The notes under the pieces: generated by a model
Told to the model about the DNA's origin: nothing
Seen by the model: only the letters and a program-made list of their open reading frames with translations
Databases searched by the model: none
From: Somniosus microcephalus
Taxonomy: Eukaryota
DNA: 64,000 nucleotides
Direction: 5' to 3'
NCBI GenBank assembly: GCA_052327205.1
Contig: CM126204.1
Span: 292,082,001-292,146,000, forward strand
In this document: in pieces, positions 25,213-37,504 of the stretch
Layout of the letters: each line of letters opens with the position of its first letter
Position numbering within the stretch: position 1 is the first letter of the stretch
Program-made: the position numbers and the translations under genes

Positions 25213-26034
25213 GGGCTAGATTTTGTGAATGGAGGCGAGTTGGAGGCGGGACTGCTGCTTGTTGTGTCAATGTCCCGCCTCCATCCTCACCTGACCAACC
25301 AGAGGGATTTTCCCCTGATTGAGCTTGAGCTCTGCGGGCTCAGCAGGCCAATTAGGGAGGAAGTCACTGACAGAGCACGTCAATGTCAGACATGCTATCT
25401 GTCAAGACTTCTTGAAAGAAGAAATATCAGCGGTTGACAGCTCTGTGAAGCTGTCAAACACTGATATTCTCTTTAGTTTTATGAGTCCTTGTGTTCAGGA
25501 CTCATCAAACCTTTCAGATTTGTAAATTTCACATGGCTGTTGGATCGGAGGTGAAATTGGTAAGGAGGATGTCGGCTCTCCCGATCCACCACGGCTAAAG
25601 GCTGTAGGAAGAAAACAAGGTAAGTGAACACTTTTTAAAACTTATCACTCAACTTGCATACTTACCACTCCACACTTGCACCCATCACTCACCTCTACAT
25701 CTTACTTCCAGGTGCCTCCGACCGCTGCAGACCTCCTCCATGTCTCCTCCAACCCGGCGGGGTTCTCTGAGGTCGGGAAGCCTTCACCTGTGAAGGTAAA
25801 ATGGCACTAATCCTTTTTTCTGCCTGTTAACTACCTGTTAACAGGCAGTTAAAAGGATTAAATGCCTTTCCCGCCTCCAGGAGACGGGACCCGAAGCTGC
25901 ACGTCTTCCCGCCTCCTGGCAAAAGGGCACGGAGGCAGGATGGGGGCGGGTTTGTCATCCGCCCCCATTTTCTCCGACTTTACCGGCTGTTCCGCCTCCA
26001 TGTCCGCCTTCTCGGGGCTTGGAAAATCCAGCCC
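25213..26034. mobile_element. Non-autonomous Harbinger-type element, relative of 14714-15726
   Basis: TIRs GGGCTAGATTTT/AAAATCCAGCCC and shared internal blocks. Confidence 0.78.
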
Positions 26035-26921
26035 ATAGTGTCCAGCAAAATAATGACACATTTCATAGTAATGTAAGTTTCTAAAAATGTATTTAGTAAC
26101 TTTTCAGTGTCCATGTCTTAGTAGCAGCTTCTGTCATCTACTGCATTACAGAATGATGCCACCTTTAATAAAATTGAAATAAGATAGCTCAACGTTATAC
26201 ATGTCTTTGCTTTTCTGTGTGCAATGTCATGGGAGATCTATTAGTTACCAAGAAAAAGTCTGTTTGTGGTATGTTGTTGGTGCAGAATGGCCTACATAAT
26301 AACTGCAATCCAAAAATAATTGATTGTGTGAAGCACCTTCAGACGCTTTGATGTGATATAATGGTAAAGTTAAGCCTAGATTTCAGGATTGACTTTATGT
26401 TCATTTCCAGTTGCTTGACACTTTGGGCAGGATTTTCATTGGGCCGTGGAGGCGTGGGGGGGGGGTTAAAATTGCAAAAACTGGCGTGCGGGCCCAACCC
26501 CGCCTCCATCCCGCCTCCAAGCAATTTTCATTAATTCGTGTCTAATGGTCCCGTCTCCGTGGCGGGATAGGCCGTTAAGGCCCTTAACAAGTACTAAATT
26601 GCCTCTATAATGCCATTTTGAAAGGCCTTTGCGAGTTTAACCCTGTTCCCACGTGAAACACGCCTGTTCTGAAACACGACGGTGAAACCTGGCGGGAGCA
26701 CAATTAGATTGCTGACTATCAGCTGCAGCTCAACCAGATTTGAGCAGCCATCATTTGCAGGTGGCAGGACTTTGTTGTCTCCGGTCTGGGGGAACTTTTA
26801 GAAGGCATAACCACAGCTGTGGAAGTTTGGAGCCTGACACCCATCTCCAGTGTGACCTCCTGGGAAACCACTCTCACCACCCTCACTGAGCGCTTCCTCA
26901 ACTGAGGCATATACCAGAAGC

Positions 26922-28184
26922 ATGGGAGCCATTTATTTCCTTCCCTTCTGGACATTAGATGAGGACGAAGACCAGCCATGGCACCAGCAGAATCAGGAAC
27001 AACAGCAGCACCAACAGCAGCAGCAACAACAGCAGCAGCAACAACAGGAGCGCCAAGCTGCTGCTCACCCACCTGAAGCTGCACAGGCCAGAAGGGGCCA
27101 GCGCATGGAAGCCCGTCGGCGCAGGAGATAACCCCCAAACAGGGTCTACAGACACAGGGTCAGCTACCTCAACATGTCTGAGCAGCAGTGCCAAAGGCGG
27201 CTCCGACTTTCAGGACAAGTAGTGGGTGACATCTGCGCAATGCTGCAACAACACCTGCAGGCCAGAGGACCAGGTGGACAACCCTTACCAGTGGCCATCA
27301 AAGTCACCACCGCACTCAACTTTTTTGCCTCAGGCGCATTCCAGGGATCAGCAGCAGACATCAGTGGCATCTCCCAGGCGGCCGCACACACTTGCATCAC
27401 GCAGGTAACCGATGCCCTCTTTGCCATCGCGCACAATCACATCCATTTCACCAAGGATCAAGCAAGTGTCACGGTGCATGCGGTTGGATTAGCTAATCTG
27501 GCAGGCTTTCCAAGGGTGCAGGGCATCGTTGACTGCACACATGTGGCCCTTAAGGCACCCCATCGCAATCGAGGTATTTTTGTCAACCGCAAGGGCTTCC
27601 ACTCCCTTAACGTTCAGCTGGTGTGTGACCACAAGAAGGAAATTTTGCATGTTTGTGCCAAGTACCCTAGCAGTTGCCATGACTCCTTCATACTGCGCCA
27701 GTCTAGTGTGCCTCCGCTATTCAGTCCGCCAGACCAACTTAACGGATGGCTACTTGGAGACAAGGGCTATCCCCTGAAGACGTGGCTAATGACACCGTTG
27801 AGGAGACCATCCAACGAAGCTGAGGAGAGCTACAACTCCAGCCACATGTCCACCAGAGCCATAATCGAGCAAACCATCGGTTTGCTGAAGATGCGCTTCA
27901 GATGCCTGGATAGATCAGGTGGAGCCCTGCAGTACTCAGCAGCCAGGGTCTCCAGAATCGTCATGGTTTGCTGTGCACTTCACAACATGGCACAGCGTCG
28001 TGGCTTGCAGATTCCTGAGGACCAAGTGGCTCATCACATATCCTCCTCAGATGAGAAGGAGGAGGAGGAGGAGGAGAGCGAAAACGAACATCTTGCGGAG
28101 GCCCATCAACCAGCGGCAGCAGTACGCGAGAATATTGCTGCCCGGGATGCAAGGGTCACACTCATCTTGGCCAGATTTGCTTAG
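26922..28184 (+). pseudogene. Harbinger DDE transposase (HARBI1-like), 420 codons, with one in-frame TAA at 27129-27131
   Basis: [43 protein letters not shown] and CCALHN motifs; ORFs 26922 and 27174 are in the same frame. Confidence 0.92.
26990..27048 (+). repeat. CAG/CAA trinucleotide repeat (poly-Gln) in the transposase N-terminus
   Basis: QQQHQQQQQQQQQQQQ read directly. Confidence 0.9.
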
Positions 28185-28414
28185 CCTAGCCAATCAAGCA
28201 CTTTCGCCTCGCAGCTTCTTACCTGAGCATCGACAATGGCCAAGGACCAGCGGATTCCTAGCAATTTGACCACCATACTGACAATTGCAAGTAATCCTAA
28301 GCCCTCAATGTGAAAGTCCCATTCGCGAAATGACACACGCCACAACTACAGCAGTAGCCATCAGATTTTTTATTTACATTATTCACCTGATGGCTTTTTC
28401 ACAGAAAACATCAA

Positions 28415-29795
28415 GGCCTAGAAATTCAGTTGTTAGCGCCAGCCACTAGCGCCTTAGGAGGAGGAGAAGTGGGGCGCTAAGCGGCTAGCACCCGTGCGCG
28501 GCGCAATCTGTGCCTCTCGCGAACTTCACTCAAGATTTAGTGGCGGCGCTAAACCGCAGCGCCCGCTCAGCTGCGTGCGCAGATCCTGACGTAATTTCAT
28601 GGTGCAACGCCCTTGGTGCACCCCGAACCGGAACTTCAGTGGTGCCGCCCTTCTTTGCGCCTGGCGCCCCCAGCGACTGGTAGAGGGGAACGGTTCCCAG
28701 TTGCTGCGGGGTGCGGGGGGCGCTATTTAAAGGGGACTTCTCCTGCATTATAAGTGGCAGCCATTTTGTGCCAATCCTTCTGTGTGAGAGATGGATATTT
28801 GGAGAGAGACAAAGGCAGAGAGCTTTCTGCTTTGACTCAGCGCTCGCACAGGTACTTCTGGCTTCAGGCCAGAGCTTTGCACTTGATTTCACTTTCAGTG
28901 CCATAGCCTTGAGTCGCCACATATAATGGGGGCTGCAATGGGTGGAAACGTTGGCTTTCTGCATTGCATTCAAAGGGATCAGAGACGCCGGGAGAGAGTG
29001 CCAGTCATGGCCAGACGGAGACGGGCCAACAGGCGTTGGCACAGGAGGCCTTACCCACCCAGGGTATACCGCCAGCAGTTCTCATATCTGAACACATCTG
29101 AAGAGCAGTGTGTTCGGAGGCTGCAATTCAGAAGGGAGGTGGTCACTGAGATCTGCCACCTGCTTCGCAGAGATCTGCAGCCACAGCTGAGGAGCAGGAC
29201 GTCTCTGTCGGTAGCAGTGAAGATGACGGTGGTTCTCAACTTCTATGCCACCGGCTCCTTCCAATCTGCTACTGGGGACATTGCCAACATCTCCCAGTTC
29301 GCGGTACATTGCTGCATCCGCCAGGTGAACAATGCCCTTTTCAGACGGAGACGTCAGTACATCTCATTCCCCATGACCCTGGACAAGCAGCAAGAGCGTG
29401 CAATGGGATTTGGAAGAATAGCGGGCTTCCCCATGGTCCAGGGTGTAGAACTGATGAGCCAGCGATGGTCAGGCCTTGCTTCAGGCCTGCAGTGTGCAAG
29501 GCATGACAGCCAAACAAGTTGACCCTCCCCCTTTAAGAGCTGACTGGCGCCAGCGTGTCTGCCTTCATTCAGAAACTTGCCGCACCTGCACTGCGCCCGC
29601 CCTCGGTGTTAGCGCCTCGGCACGCCGGCTTAGCGCCTTATGATAGTCGTGCATCGCCTGCTTTAGCGCAGCAGCAACCTCTTGGGGCGATGCAACTGAA
29701 TATCGGCAAAGGTGGCGCTAAGTTGTGCCAGGCGCTAAATTTAGCGAACGCCCGGCTGTAGCGCCCCAAACGTGGCTGTACTGAATTTCTAGGCC
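28415..29795 (+). mobile_element. Internally deleted Harbinger element (second family) nested in the first
   Basis: TIRs GGCCTAGAAATTCAGT/ACTGAATTTCTAGGCC, CAA duplicated on both sides, and subterminal TAGCGCC repeats. Confidence 0.88.
28926..29446 (+). pseudogene. N-terminal half of a Harbinger transposase, truncated at FPMVQG before the first catalytic Asp
   Basis: RPYPPRVYR...SEEQCVRRLQF...NFYATGSFQ...IAGFPMVQG. Confidence 0.85.
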
Positions 29796-32175
29796 CAAAT
29801 TTCACCAAGTGACTACCCTTGTGTAGTATCTTTCTCTTACACGTGCTCCTATGTGGTGCTTCCCCTGTGGCTTCAGCAGATGTGTATTATGTCCGTGTAT
29901 AATTGAGACACGGACTGCAGGAGTTGGTTATAACAGGTCTTTACTGAATGGAGGCAACCTGGAACTACTATGCAAATGTTACTACACAGGCTTATATACA
30001 GGGGTGGTCACTACTGGTACTGCAGTATACAGGGGCTGCAGAATATAGTTCCTTCTGCAAAGTACATACACTACAATTCCTCCCCTTTTAGCCAAACAGT
30101 ACATAACATTCGATTAACAATGAAATAACATTTTTACAATTACAGTTGCTAGATACATTAGTTGAAGTTAAGCAATTATAAGTTCAGTCTTTGAGGAGGC
30201 TTCCTGATTCTGTCTGGATAACGCCTCTTTGGGGTATCAGGTTCTTCTGGCAACGTTGAGTCGGGATCAATGTCGTTGTTTGGTTCGTCTGCTTCCAATA
30301 TCACCGATTCTGAGGTAGATGCAATTGGTACTTCGGTTTCATCGCCAGGTGTATCAGATCGTGGTGTGGAGTTGACGTTTCCCAGTGACTCTAGAATCTG
30401 GTCAGCATGGCGTCTTACAATACTCTCTCCAACGTCCACGGTATACATTAGAGGTCCTTGCCGTGTACAGATCGTTCCTGGCTGCCATTTCTCTGTGCAG
30501 TAGTCCCGGGCCAAAACTGGTTGACCTATCTTAAAACTCCTGGTCGGCCTTTCATTCATATTCTGAAACTGCCTGTTCTCCACATCTCTTCTGATGTTTG
30601 GCTTAACCAAATCCAAGTGGCATCGTAGTCTTCGATTGAAGAACATCATGGCTGGAGTTTGGTTGGTAACCACATGTGTCGCATTCCGGTAGGCAAACAA
30701 GAAGTTATCCACCTTGTGCTGTAGGGGTATATCTTCATTACACATTGCCTTGATAGCCTTCTTGAATGTTTGAACGAACCTCTCGGCCAATCCATTAGTG
30801 GCTGGATGATATGGGGCGGATGTGTAATGCTTAACACCATTGTTCTTTAAGAACCTCCGGAACTCTTCAGACACAAACTGTGGTCCATTGTCGGAGCAAA
30901 TCTGTTCAGGCAGCCCATTCCTGGCGAATATGGTTCGTAAGACTGTGATAGTTTTTTCTGTGGTGGTTGAGGACATTTTTATTACCTCTGGCCACTTTGA
31001 ATGTGCATCCACCGCAATTAAAAACATCGAGTCCATAAATGGACCAGCAAAATCAATGTGCACCCTTTGCCATGGAGATGAGGGCCACTCCCATGGATGT
31101 AGAGGGGCTTGTGGTGGGGCATTTTGGACCTTCTGGCATCCTGTACAGCTCTTGGTCATCTCTTCGATTTCTCTATCGATTCCCGGCCACCACACAAACG
31201 CTCTGGCTAAGTTCTTCATTTTTACCCCTCCCAGATGACCCTCATGAAGCTCATTGAGCACTCTATCCTTCAATTTGGGTGGAATTACTACGCTGGATCC
31301 ACACATCAAGGTTCCTCTGCACACTGACAGCTGTTCTCTTCTCAGCGAGAATGCTGGCAGCAGTGGTTCGCCATGTGCTGGCCATCCCTTCACCATTAAA
31401 TCATAGACCCAGGAGAGCGTCGGGTCATTTCGTGTTTCCTTTTCTATGTTTGCATTCGTCACAGGGAGACAGTCGACTATGGTCGAGTGGAATATCTCCA
31501 CTGGATCCACTGCAAGTTCTTCCACCGTCGGCAACGGTAGGCGCGACAATCCATCAGCATTCCCATGCTGTTTAGTTCCTTTGTACTCGATGTCATATTG
31601 GTGTGCCCCTAGGAAAAGGGACCACCTCTGTAGCCGTTGTGCTGTCATTATCGGTACGCCCTTCTGAGGGTTGAAAATGGAGACAAGGGGCTGATGATCA
31701 GTAAGTAGAGTAAATTTCTGACGTGCAGGTAGTGATAGAACTTCTTCACCCCCCACACCAGGCTGAGGGCCTCTCTGTCAATCTGGGCGTAGTTACGCTC
31801 GGCTGAAGTTAACGAGCGTGACGCAAAAACTATCGGCCTCTCTGAACCATCAAGGAATTTATGTGACAGTACCGCCCCAATGCCGTAGGGAGACGCATCA
31901 CACGCCAGTCTTATCGATAGTGATGGGTTGTAGTGAGCCAATACTTCTCTTGAAGTGATTAGGTCCTTACTCTTCTGAAAGGCCCGCTTACATTCATCGC
32001 TCCATTTCTATGCTACTCCCGTTTGTAGTAGGGCGTTCAGTGGGTGCAGAATTGTGGACAAATTCAGCAAAAACTTATGGTAGTAATTCACCAATCTGAG
32101 GAATGACCTCAGTTGCGACACATTTTCAGGCGCTGGAGCCTTAACTACCGCTTCAATTTTGTCAGGGGACCTATG

Positions 32176-32465
32176 TGTGATGAAATATTTCCATTCATCA
32201 CTGCCTGTGACTGAGATCGGTTTCAGTGTCATTTCCCTTCCCCCAGACCTCATTGTATTGTGTACTGGAATGTGCTGTATTGTATACTGGAATGTGCTGT
32301 GTGTAGGGCTCCGCCCATACCTGGCCCCGTTTGTAAGCTAGCTTTCAGTCTAGCCCCAGTCTCCAGAAGGACGACATCTCTCTCGCTTACGTGTTTCGTT
32401 CTAAGTTAATAAAAGCCTTGTTTTGCTCTGCTACCTTCGAGTCTCGGAATTATTGAGGCACATCA
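32176..32465 (+). mobile_element. Solo LTR related to the 2823-7068 family
   Basis: Termini TGTGATGAAATA...GGCACATCA shared with 6812-7068; 5-bp TSD CTATG. Confidence 0.9.
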
Positions 32466-32969
32466 CTATGTAACCCCTCTTCATCAATCACGTGGCCACA
32501 ATACGATATCTGCTTCTTAAAAACTCGCACTTGGGGCGATTGGCCCATAGCCCATGTTCACGTAGTCTAGTGAGCACCTGCTCTAGGTTGGCAAGGTGTT
32601 CACTGTCATCTTCACCTGTCACTAGGATGTCGTCCAAGTAACACTGAGTCCCCGGAATTCCTTGCAGGACTTGTTCCATCGCTCTTTGCCATATCGCCAG
32701 AGCTGATGCTACGCCGAATACCAGTCGATTATACTGATAAAAAGACCTTTGCGAGTGTTTATCATGAGATACTTCCCAGAGGATTCTTCAACCTCCATCT
32801 GCAAATATGCTTGTGCTAGGTCAATTTTTGTAAAACGCTTCCCTCCAGATAGTGAGGCGAAGATATCTTCTATCCTTGGAAGAGGATATTGTACTGTGTG
32901 AAGGACTGGGTTCACCGTCACCTTGAAGTCCCCACAGATGCAAACCTTCCTTGGCTCCTCAGACTTATT

Positions 32970-35133
32970 GGCCCAGAAATTCCAGAACGGGGCTTGCAGC
33001 GCGTGCAAGCCCCGTATTTACACTTACCCCGCGCTACTGCCGATCAGCTCCAGGGACGCCTGGAATTGGTGTTTCCAGAAGAAGAATCCCGGGCAGCGTA
33101 TGACGTCACGCCGCCCAGGAGTGCAGCCAGCGCGAAGTCAGGAGCGTGCAGTGCAAGTGAGACACACCCCTTGAGGTCTCAGTTTCACTGGACACGCCCC
33201 CAATGTTTCTGTCAAGCTGCTAACCATTTTTACATGCAAAGCAGCAGTTTAAATAGGTTTTTGGAAGTTTTTTGAAGATTTTGGTAACTTTCATAAACTT
33301 TTTTAAATGTTTACATTATTTTGAGTAATCTGAAGTAGTTTTAAAGAGAATTAAAGCAATTTAAAGACTTTTAAAAGCCCTAAAAGAATTTTTTTAATTC
33401 CATTTATTTATTTAGCAATGTCGTCGTCATACGTGTCTTCACACTGTTCCCTTTGGGGAACTGTATGAAGTGGTGGAAGGATTTATGGCCATGATTAACG
33501 CTCATTCCGTGACCGTAACCATCTTTGAACCAGCCATTAGGGCGGTTAGTCCTATGGCGGGAGGGTTTTACGGGCTCCCACAAGCTATACAAGGAGGGGG
33601 GGCCACCCACACCCACGGACGCAAATATCCCACTGGATGTCAACCCAGAATTTAGAGCCGGAGCTCCGACTCCACTTGCCGGGACTGTCTGGAGCGGGGT
33701 TCGAAACCCTACCCTGATCTGGCCCAGCGGCGGGGATCCTACCGCTATGACAAAGGCCCAATCCAATTAGCAACATGAAATGGCAGCATAGGGCTCCAGT
33801 CACGGGGAGGGAAAAGGCGCAGGAAACGTATGGGTGTCACCTTTTGTGCGGAGTGGGCCTTTTGCGTAGCAGTGCTTGCATCCGTGGGTGTTGGTGGCCC
33901 CCCCCCCTCAGATGGGTTGTGGGAGCCCGTAAAACCCGCCCGCCATAGGACTAACCACCCGAATGGCTGGTTCAAAGATGGTTACGGTCACGGAATGAGC
34001 GTTAATCACGGCCATAAATCCTTCCACCACTTCATACAGTTCCCCAAAGGGAACAGTGTGAGGATACGTACGATGATGACCTCTTGCGCAATGCACCTCC
34101 TTGGACCCTCAGTCGCAGGTGCGAGGGGGCAAGTTGTGCAATTGTTAAATTTTTTATTTTATTGACACGTAAAATGTTGGCCCAGTAATTCCCTTCCAAA
34201 TGCGCTAGTACGGTCGGGGTACTTACGCATCTGGCCGGATGAAATGCCGGTTTTCAGCATGCACAGTGCATGTGGGGAAAACTGGCATTTCCTGTCCTCT
34301 GAACGAAGGGGTTCAGAGGCAGAACGCGTGCGACTGCACAGGCAGCGCGTGCGCAGTATAATTCGCCGCTTTCATTAATGCTTTCAGTGAGGTCCAGTCA
34401 TTACAACTTACACATGAAAAAAGCATGGGTACAGTTGCTCCAGAGGCTGCGGAGGAAGATATTTCTTATTGTGGAGCTTCTGAAAGTATGTATGTCTGTA
34501 TATATTCCTTTGCGTGTTATGTATATATTCCTTTACTTATGTGTATGAATGTATTATTTAATTATGACTTTCAGAGAAAGTAACTTATTGGAAAATCATA
34601 ATTAAAAATATACATTCATACACATTAGTAAAGGAATATAAAACATACATACATATACGTAAAGGAATATATGTGGACATACATACATAACTCATTCTCA
34701 CATTCCATTCACACAGCCACAATTGCTCCTTCTACCTACCGTTCTGAAAACCCGTTTAAAAAAAAAAAATTAAAGTTTAAAACTTAGTTAAAATTTCTTA
34801 AAATAACTTCCCTCCCTTTCCCAAACCTAAATATTGCATTTCATAAGCTCCTCCATAAAATATATCTCCTTCCCCAGCCAATGAACAACTTTACACTTGC
34901 TTTTTTTAAGTGCAAGTTCCAGGGACTTACCCTCACTGAATCCATCAGTGAAATCTACAAAGTTCACTGCGCAAGCGCTGCCTGTGCAGTCGCACGCGCT
35001 GTGAATAGACCTCGGGTCTGGAAATGCCGGCGTTCCCCGCATGCGCTGTTCCTGCTGAACGCCGGCATTTCCAACGGCCAGATGCGTGAGTAACCCGACC
35101 GTACTCACGCTTCTGGCCTGGAATTTCTGGCCC
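32970..35133. mobile_element. Composite non-autonomous Harbinger-type element inside Gypsy pol
   Basis: TIRs GGCCCAGAAATTCCAG/CTGGAATTTCTGGCCC, TSD ATT; both ends are homologous to the ends of 39957-40699. Confidence 0.85.
33420..34080. repeat. Long inverted repeat (arms ~33420-33624 and ~33876-34080), probably two divergent tRNA-like SINE/small-RNA units
   Basis: The arms are reverse complements with scattered mismatches; A-box-like and B-box-like motifs lie on the minus strand of the spacer. Confidence 0.8.
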
Positions 35134-36602
35134 ATTGTTTAACGTTTTCTTCATGACAGAAACGATGGGTGTCGCCCACTCGCTCCAGTCTACCTTAGAT
35201 AACACGCCTGCATTCTCCAGAATCTCCAGCTCTGCCTCGACGGCTGGGCGAATTGCATATGGTACCGGTCTTGCTTTGAAAAACTTGGGAATTGCATTCT
35301 CTTCTATTTTTATCGAGGCAGTTACGCCTTTAAGAGTTCCCAGTTCTTGTTGAAATACCTTTTTGGCGTTAGCTAAGATTGTTGACAATCGTCCAGGAGT
35401 GACGTCGTCATCCTTTTTACCAGCCACCGTCAGTGCCTGAATGGAGTGCCAGCCTAAACTTATCTTTCTGATCCATTCACGTCCCAATAACGGTGGTCCA
35501 CCATCTTGCAGTATGTACAGATACAATTTCTGTCTTTCCTTGCCGTTGTATTCGACAGGCACCCTTATTTTTCCTCTGGGGTATACTTTTTGCCCCGTAT
35601 ACGTCTTCAAGACAATGGATGTCTCTTTCAAGGGTATGTGTGAGAATAGCCGCTCGTAGTCTCGTCGATTCATGACGGTTAGAGCTGATCCTGTATCCAA
35701 TTCCATTTTGACTTGGGACCCTGCTATCATGAGGGTGATCCAAATGGTTCGGTGATCCTCTTTTGCGATTACGTTGTGAAGTTTGGGACAGCTTAGTCTC
35801 TTGTTCCCGGATTCACTATCGCTCATCTGGTCTTCGGAACTACTGTCCGTCATCTTTTGTACTTTCCTGTACGGTTCCTTAGTAGCCTTTTTGTTGTCGT
35901 CGGTCTTCTTCCCAGACCTGCAAACTCGTGCAATGTGTCCCATCTTTCCGCATTGCCTGCATATTTCGTCCTTGGACCAGCAGTCCTTCTGGTCATGGTT
36001 TGTTCTGCCGCAGCGATAACATTTTGCAAATCCCCGTGTCATTTCGTGGGTGCCGTATTCCTGTGGCTTTTGCTGTATTTCCGCAGCTCCCCTTGCTGCT
36101 GCTTCGTACGATACTGCCACGCTGAAAGCCTTATCTAGCGTCAGCTCTTTCTCTGAGAGTAACCTCTTCTGGATTCCTTCACTCAGGAGTCCACAGACAA
36201 ATTTGTCCCGTAAGGTATCTGCCAGTCCTGCTCCGAACTGGCAGTGCTTTGATAACTTGCATAGTTCCGTAAGGTAATCAGCATTGCTCTCATCTTTATG
36301 CTGATTTCTCCTGTGGAATTTAAATCTTTCTGCTATCAGCAGCGGTGTAGGATTTAGGTGTTCCTGTAGGATAGCAACAATTTCGTTAAAACTCTTCGCC
36401 TTCGGTTTGGCTGGAGTAATCAGGTCCCGCAATAGGCCGTACATGCTTGCGCCCATTAAGTTTAGCAGTACCGATGCCTTTTTCTCATCGGCTACTTCGT
36501 TTGCCTCGCATTATACCTCGACTCTTTCCACATACGTGGTCCAGTCTTCTATTGCATTAACGAAGGCAGTGATATTGCCAGTCTTCGGCATCTTGGAAAT
36601 CT

Positions 36603-36712
36603 AAAATGGCGCCTCCCGCGCTTTGCCTTCTTCCCCGATTTAACAAAATGGCGCCTCCCGCGCTTTGCCTTCTTCCCCGCTGGATTAAGATGGCGCCTCC
36701 CGCGCTTTCTGT
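36603..36712 (-). repeat. Three ~42-bp tandem repeats upstream of gag
   Basis: AAAATGGCGCCTCCCGCGCTTTGCCTTCTTCCCCG repeated three times. Confidence 0.9.
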
Positions 36713-37504
36713 CTTCTCCGCTGTTGCTAGCGCTGTTGCTGGCGTTTTATGCCTTGATGGCGACGCCCTATGGTCTTCGCGCACTTCTCCCCGCGCTGCT
36801 GCTAACGCCGCTCTCCGTGGTTCCTGTGGCAAACTGCAGCTCCTCGCGGCTTTCTGCGCGTTTAATTTTTATTATTTCCCCATCGTCGGAACAACCCTGC
36901 GGGACTCTTGCCTCCCTCTTCTCGGGTCTGTACGCTGCCCGGCTTCGTAGCACCGGCCGCGCCCTGTGTGCTCCACCCTCTCTCTCTCTCCTCTTCCCGA
37001 CAACGCTGCTCAGCCCCGTTGCAAAGCCACCCGCTCGAGCTCTAGACTGCCGCAGCCCAGGAAGGATCAGTGTACTACCTGCCAGCAGCCCGATTAGCTG
37101 AAGCACCATCGACAGGATAACCAAGCCCCGCTCTCGACAGCCTCTCCTGCAAATCTTCAACTCCGCTGACTCAGAGGCGGATGGCCACGGTCGACGCCCG
37201 TTTCTTCTGTTTCTTTCTTCCTTCTGGCCTCGACCTCTGATAACTTCGCTTCAGGGATTGATCCCCATGAGGTGGTGCAGACTGTAGGTAAGTTTGTATC
37301 TGCTCGTCGCCAGCATTATGTTCGTGTATAATTGAGACACGGACTGCAGGAGTTGGTTATAACAGGTCTTTACTGAATGGAGGCAACCTGGAACTACTAT
37401 GCAAATGTTACTACACAGGCTTATATACAGGGGTGGTCACTACTGGTACTGCAGTATACAGGGGCTGCAGAATATAGTACCTTCTGCAAAGTACATACAC
37501 TACA

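Larger units (their letters stand above)
30176..36591 (-). pseudogene. gag-pol: Disrupted gag-pol (frameshifts, stops, two insertions)
   Basis: CCHC knuckles, LDTGS protease, YLDD RT, ACDAS RNase H and integrase HIDFAGP/SDNGP/AERFV; closely similar to 50088-54121. Confidence 0.9.
29885..37504 (-). mobile_element. Ty3/Gypsy LTR retrotransposon (Mag-like) inserted in the last exon of the Myb gene
   Basis: 191-bp LTRs at 29885-30075 and 37314-37504, TSD ATGTG, PBS TGGCGACGAGCA at 37301-37312, PPT at 30076-30089. Confidence 0.93.

Noticed and set aside
27174-28184. Domesticated host HARBI1 gene
   Set aside because: It lies within TIRs next to a Myb partner gene, has an upstream in-frame stop, and related copies occur in the window, so it is a transposon copy
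33680-33760. Functional tRNA gene
   Set aside because: A-box-like and B-box-like motifs are present, but no convincing cloverleaf or acceptor stem could be folded
33404-34165. Mirror-image ORFs (33404-33766 minus, 33830-34165 plus) as a protein pair
   Set aside because: They are by-products of the inverted repeat and show no recognisable domain
36603-36712. Short regular repeats resembling a CRISPR array (also 50090-50205)
   Set aside because: The units are contiguous tandem repeats without unique spacers, in a eukaryotic retrotransposon leader with no cas genes
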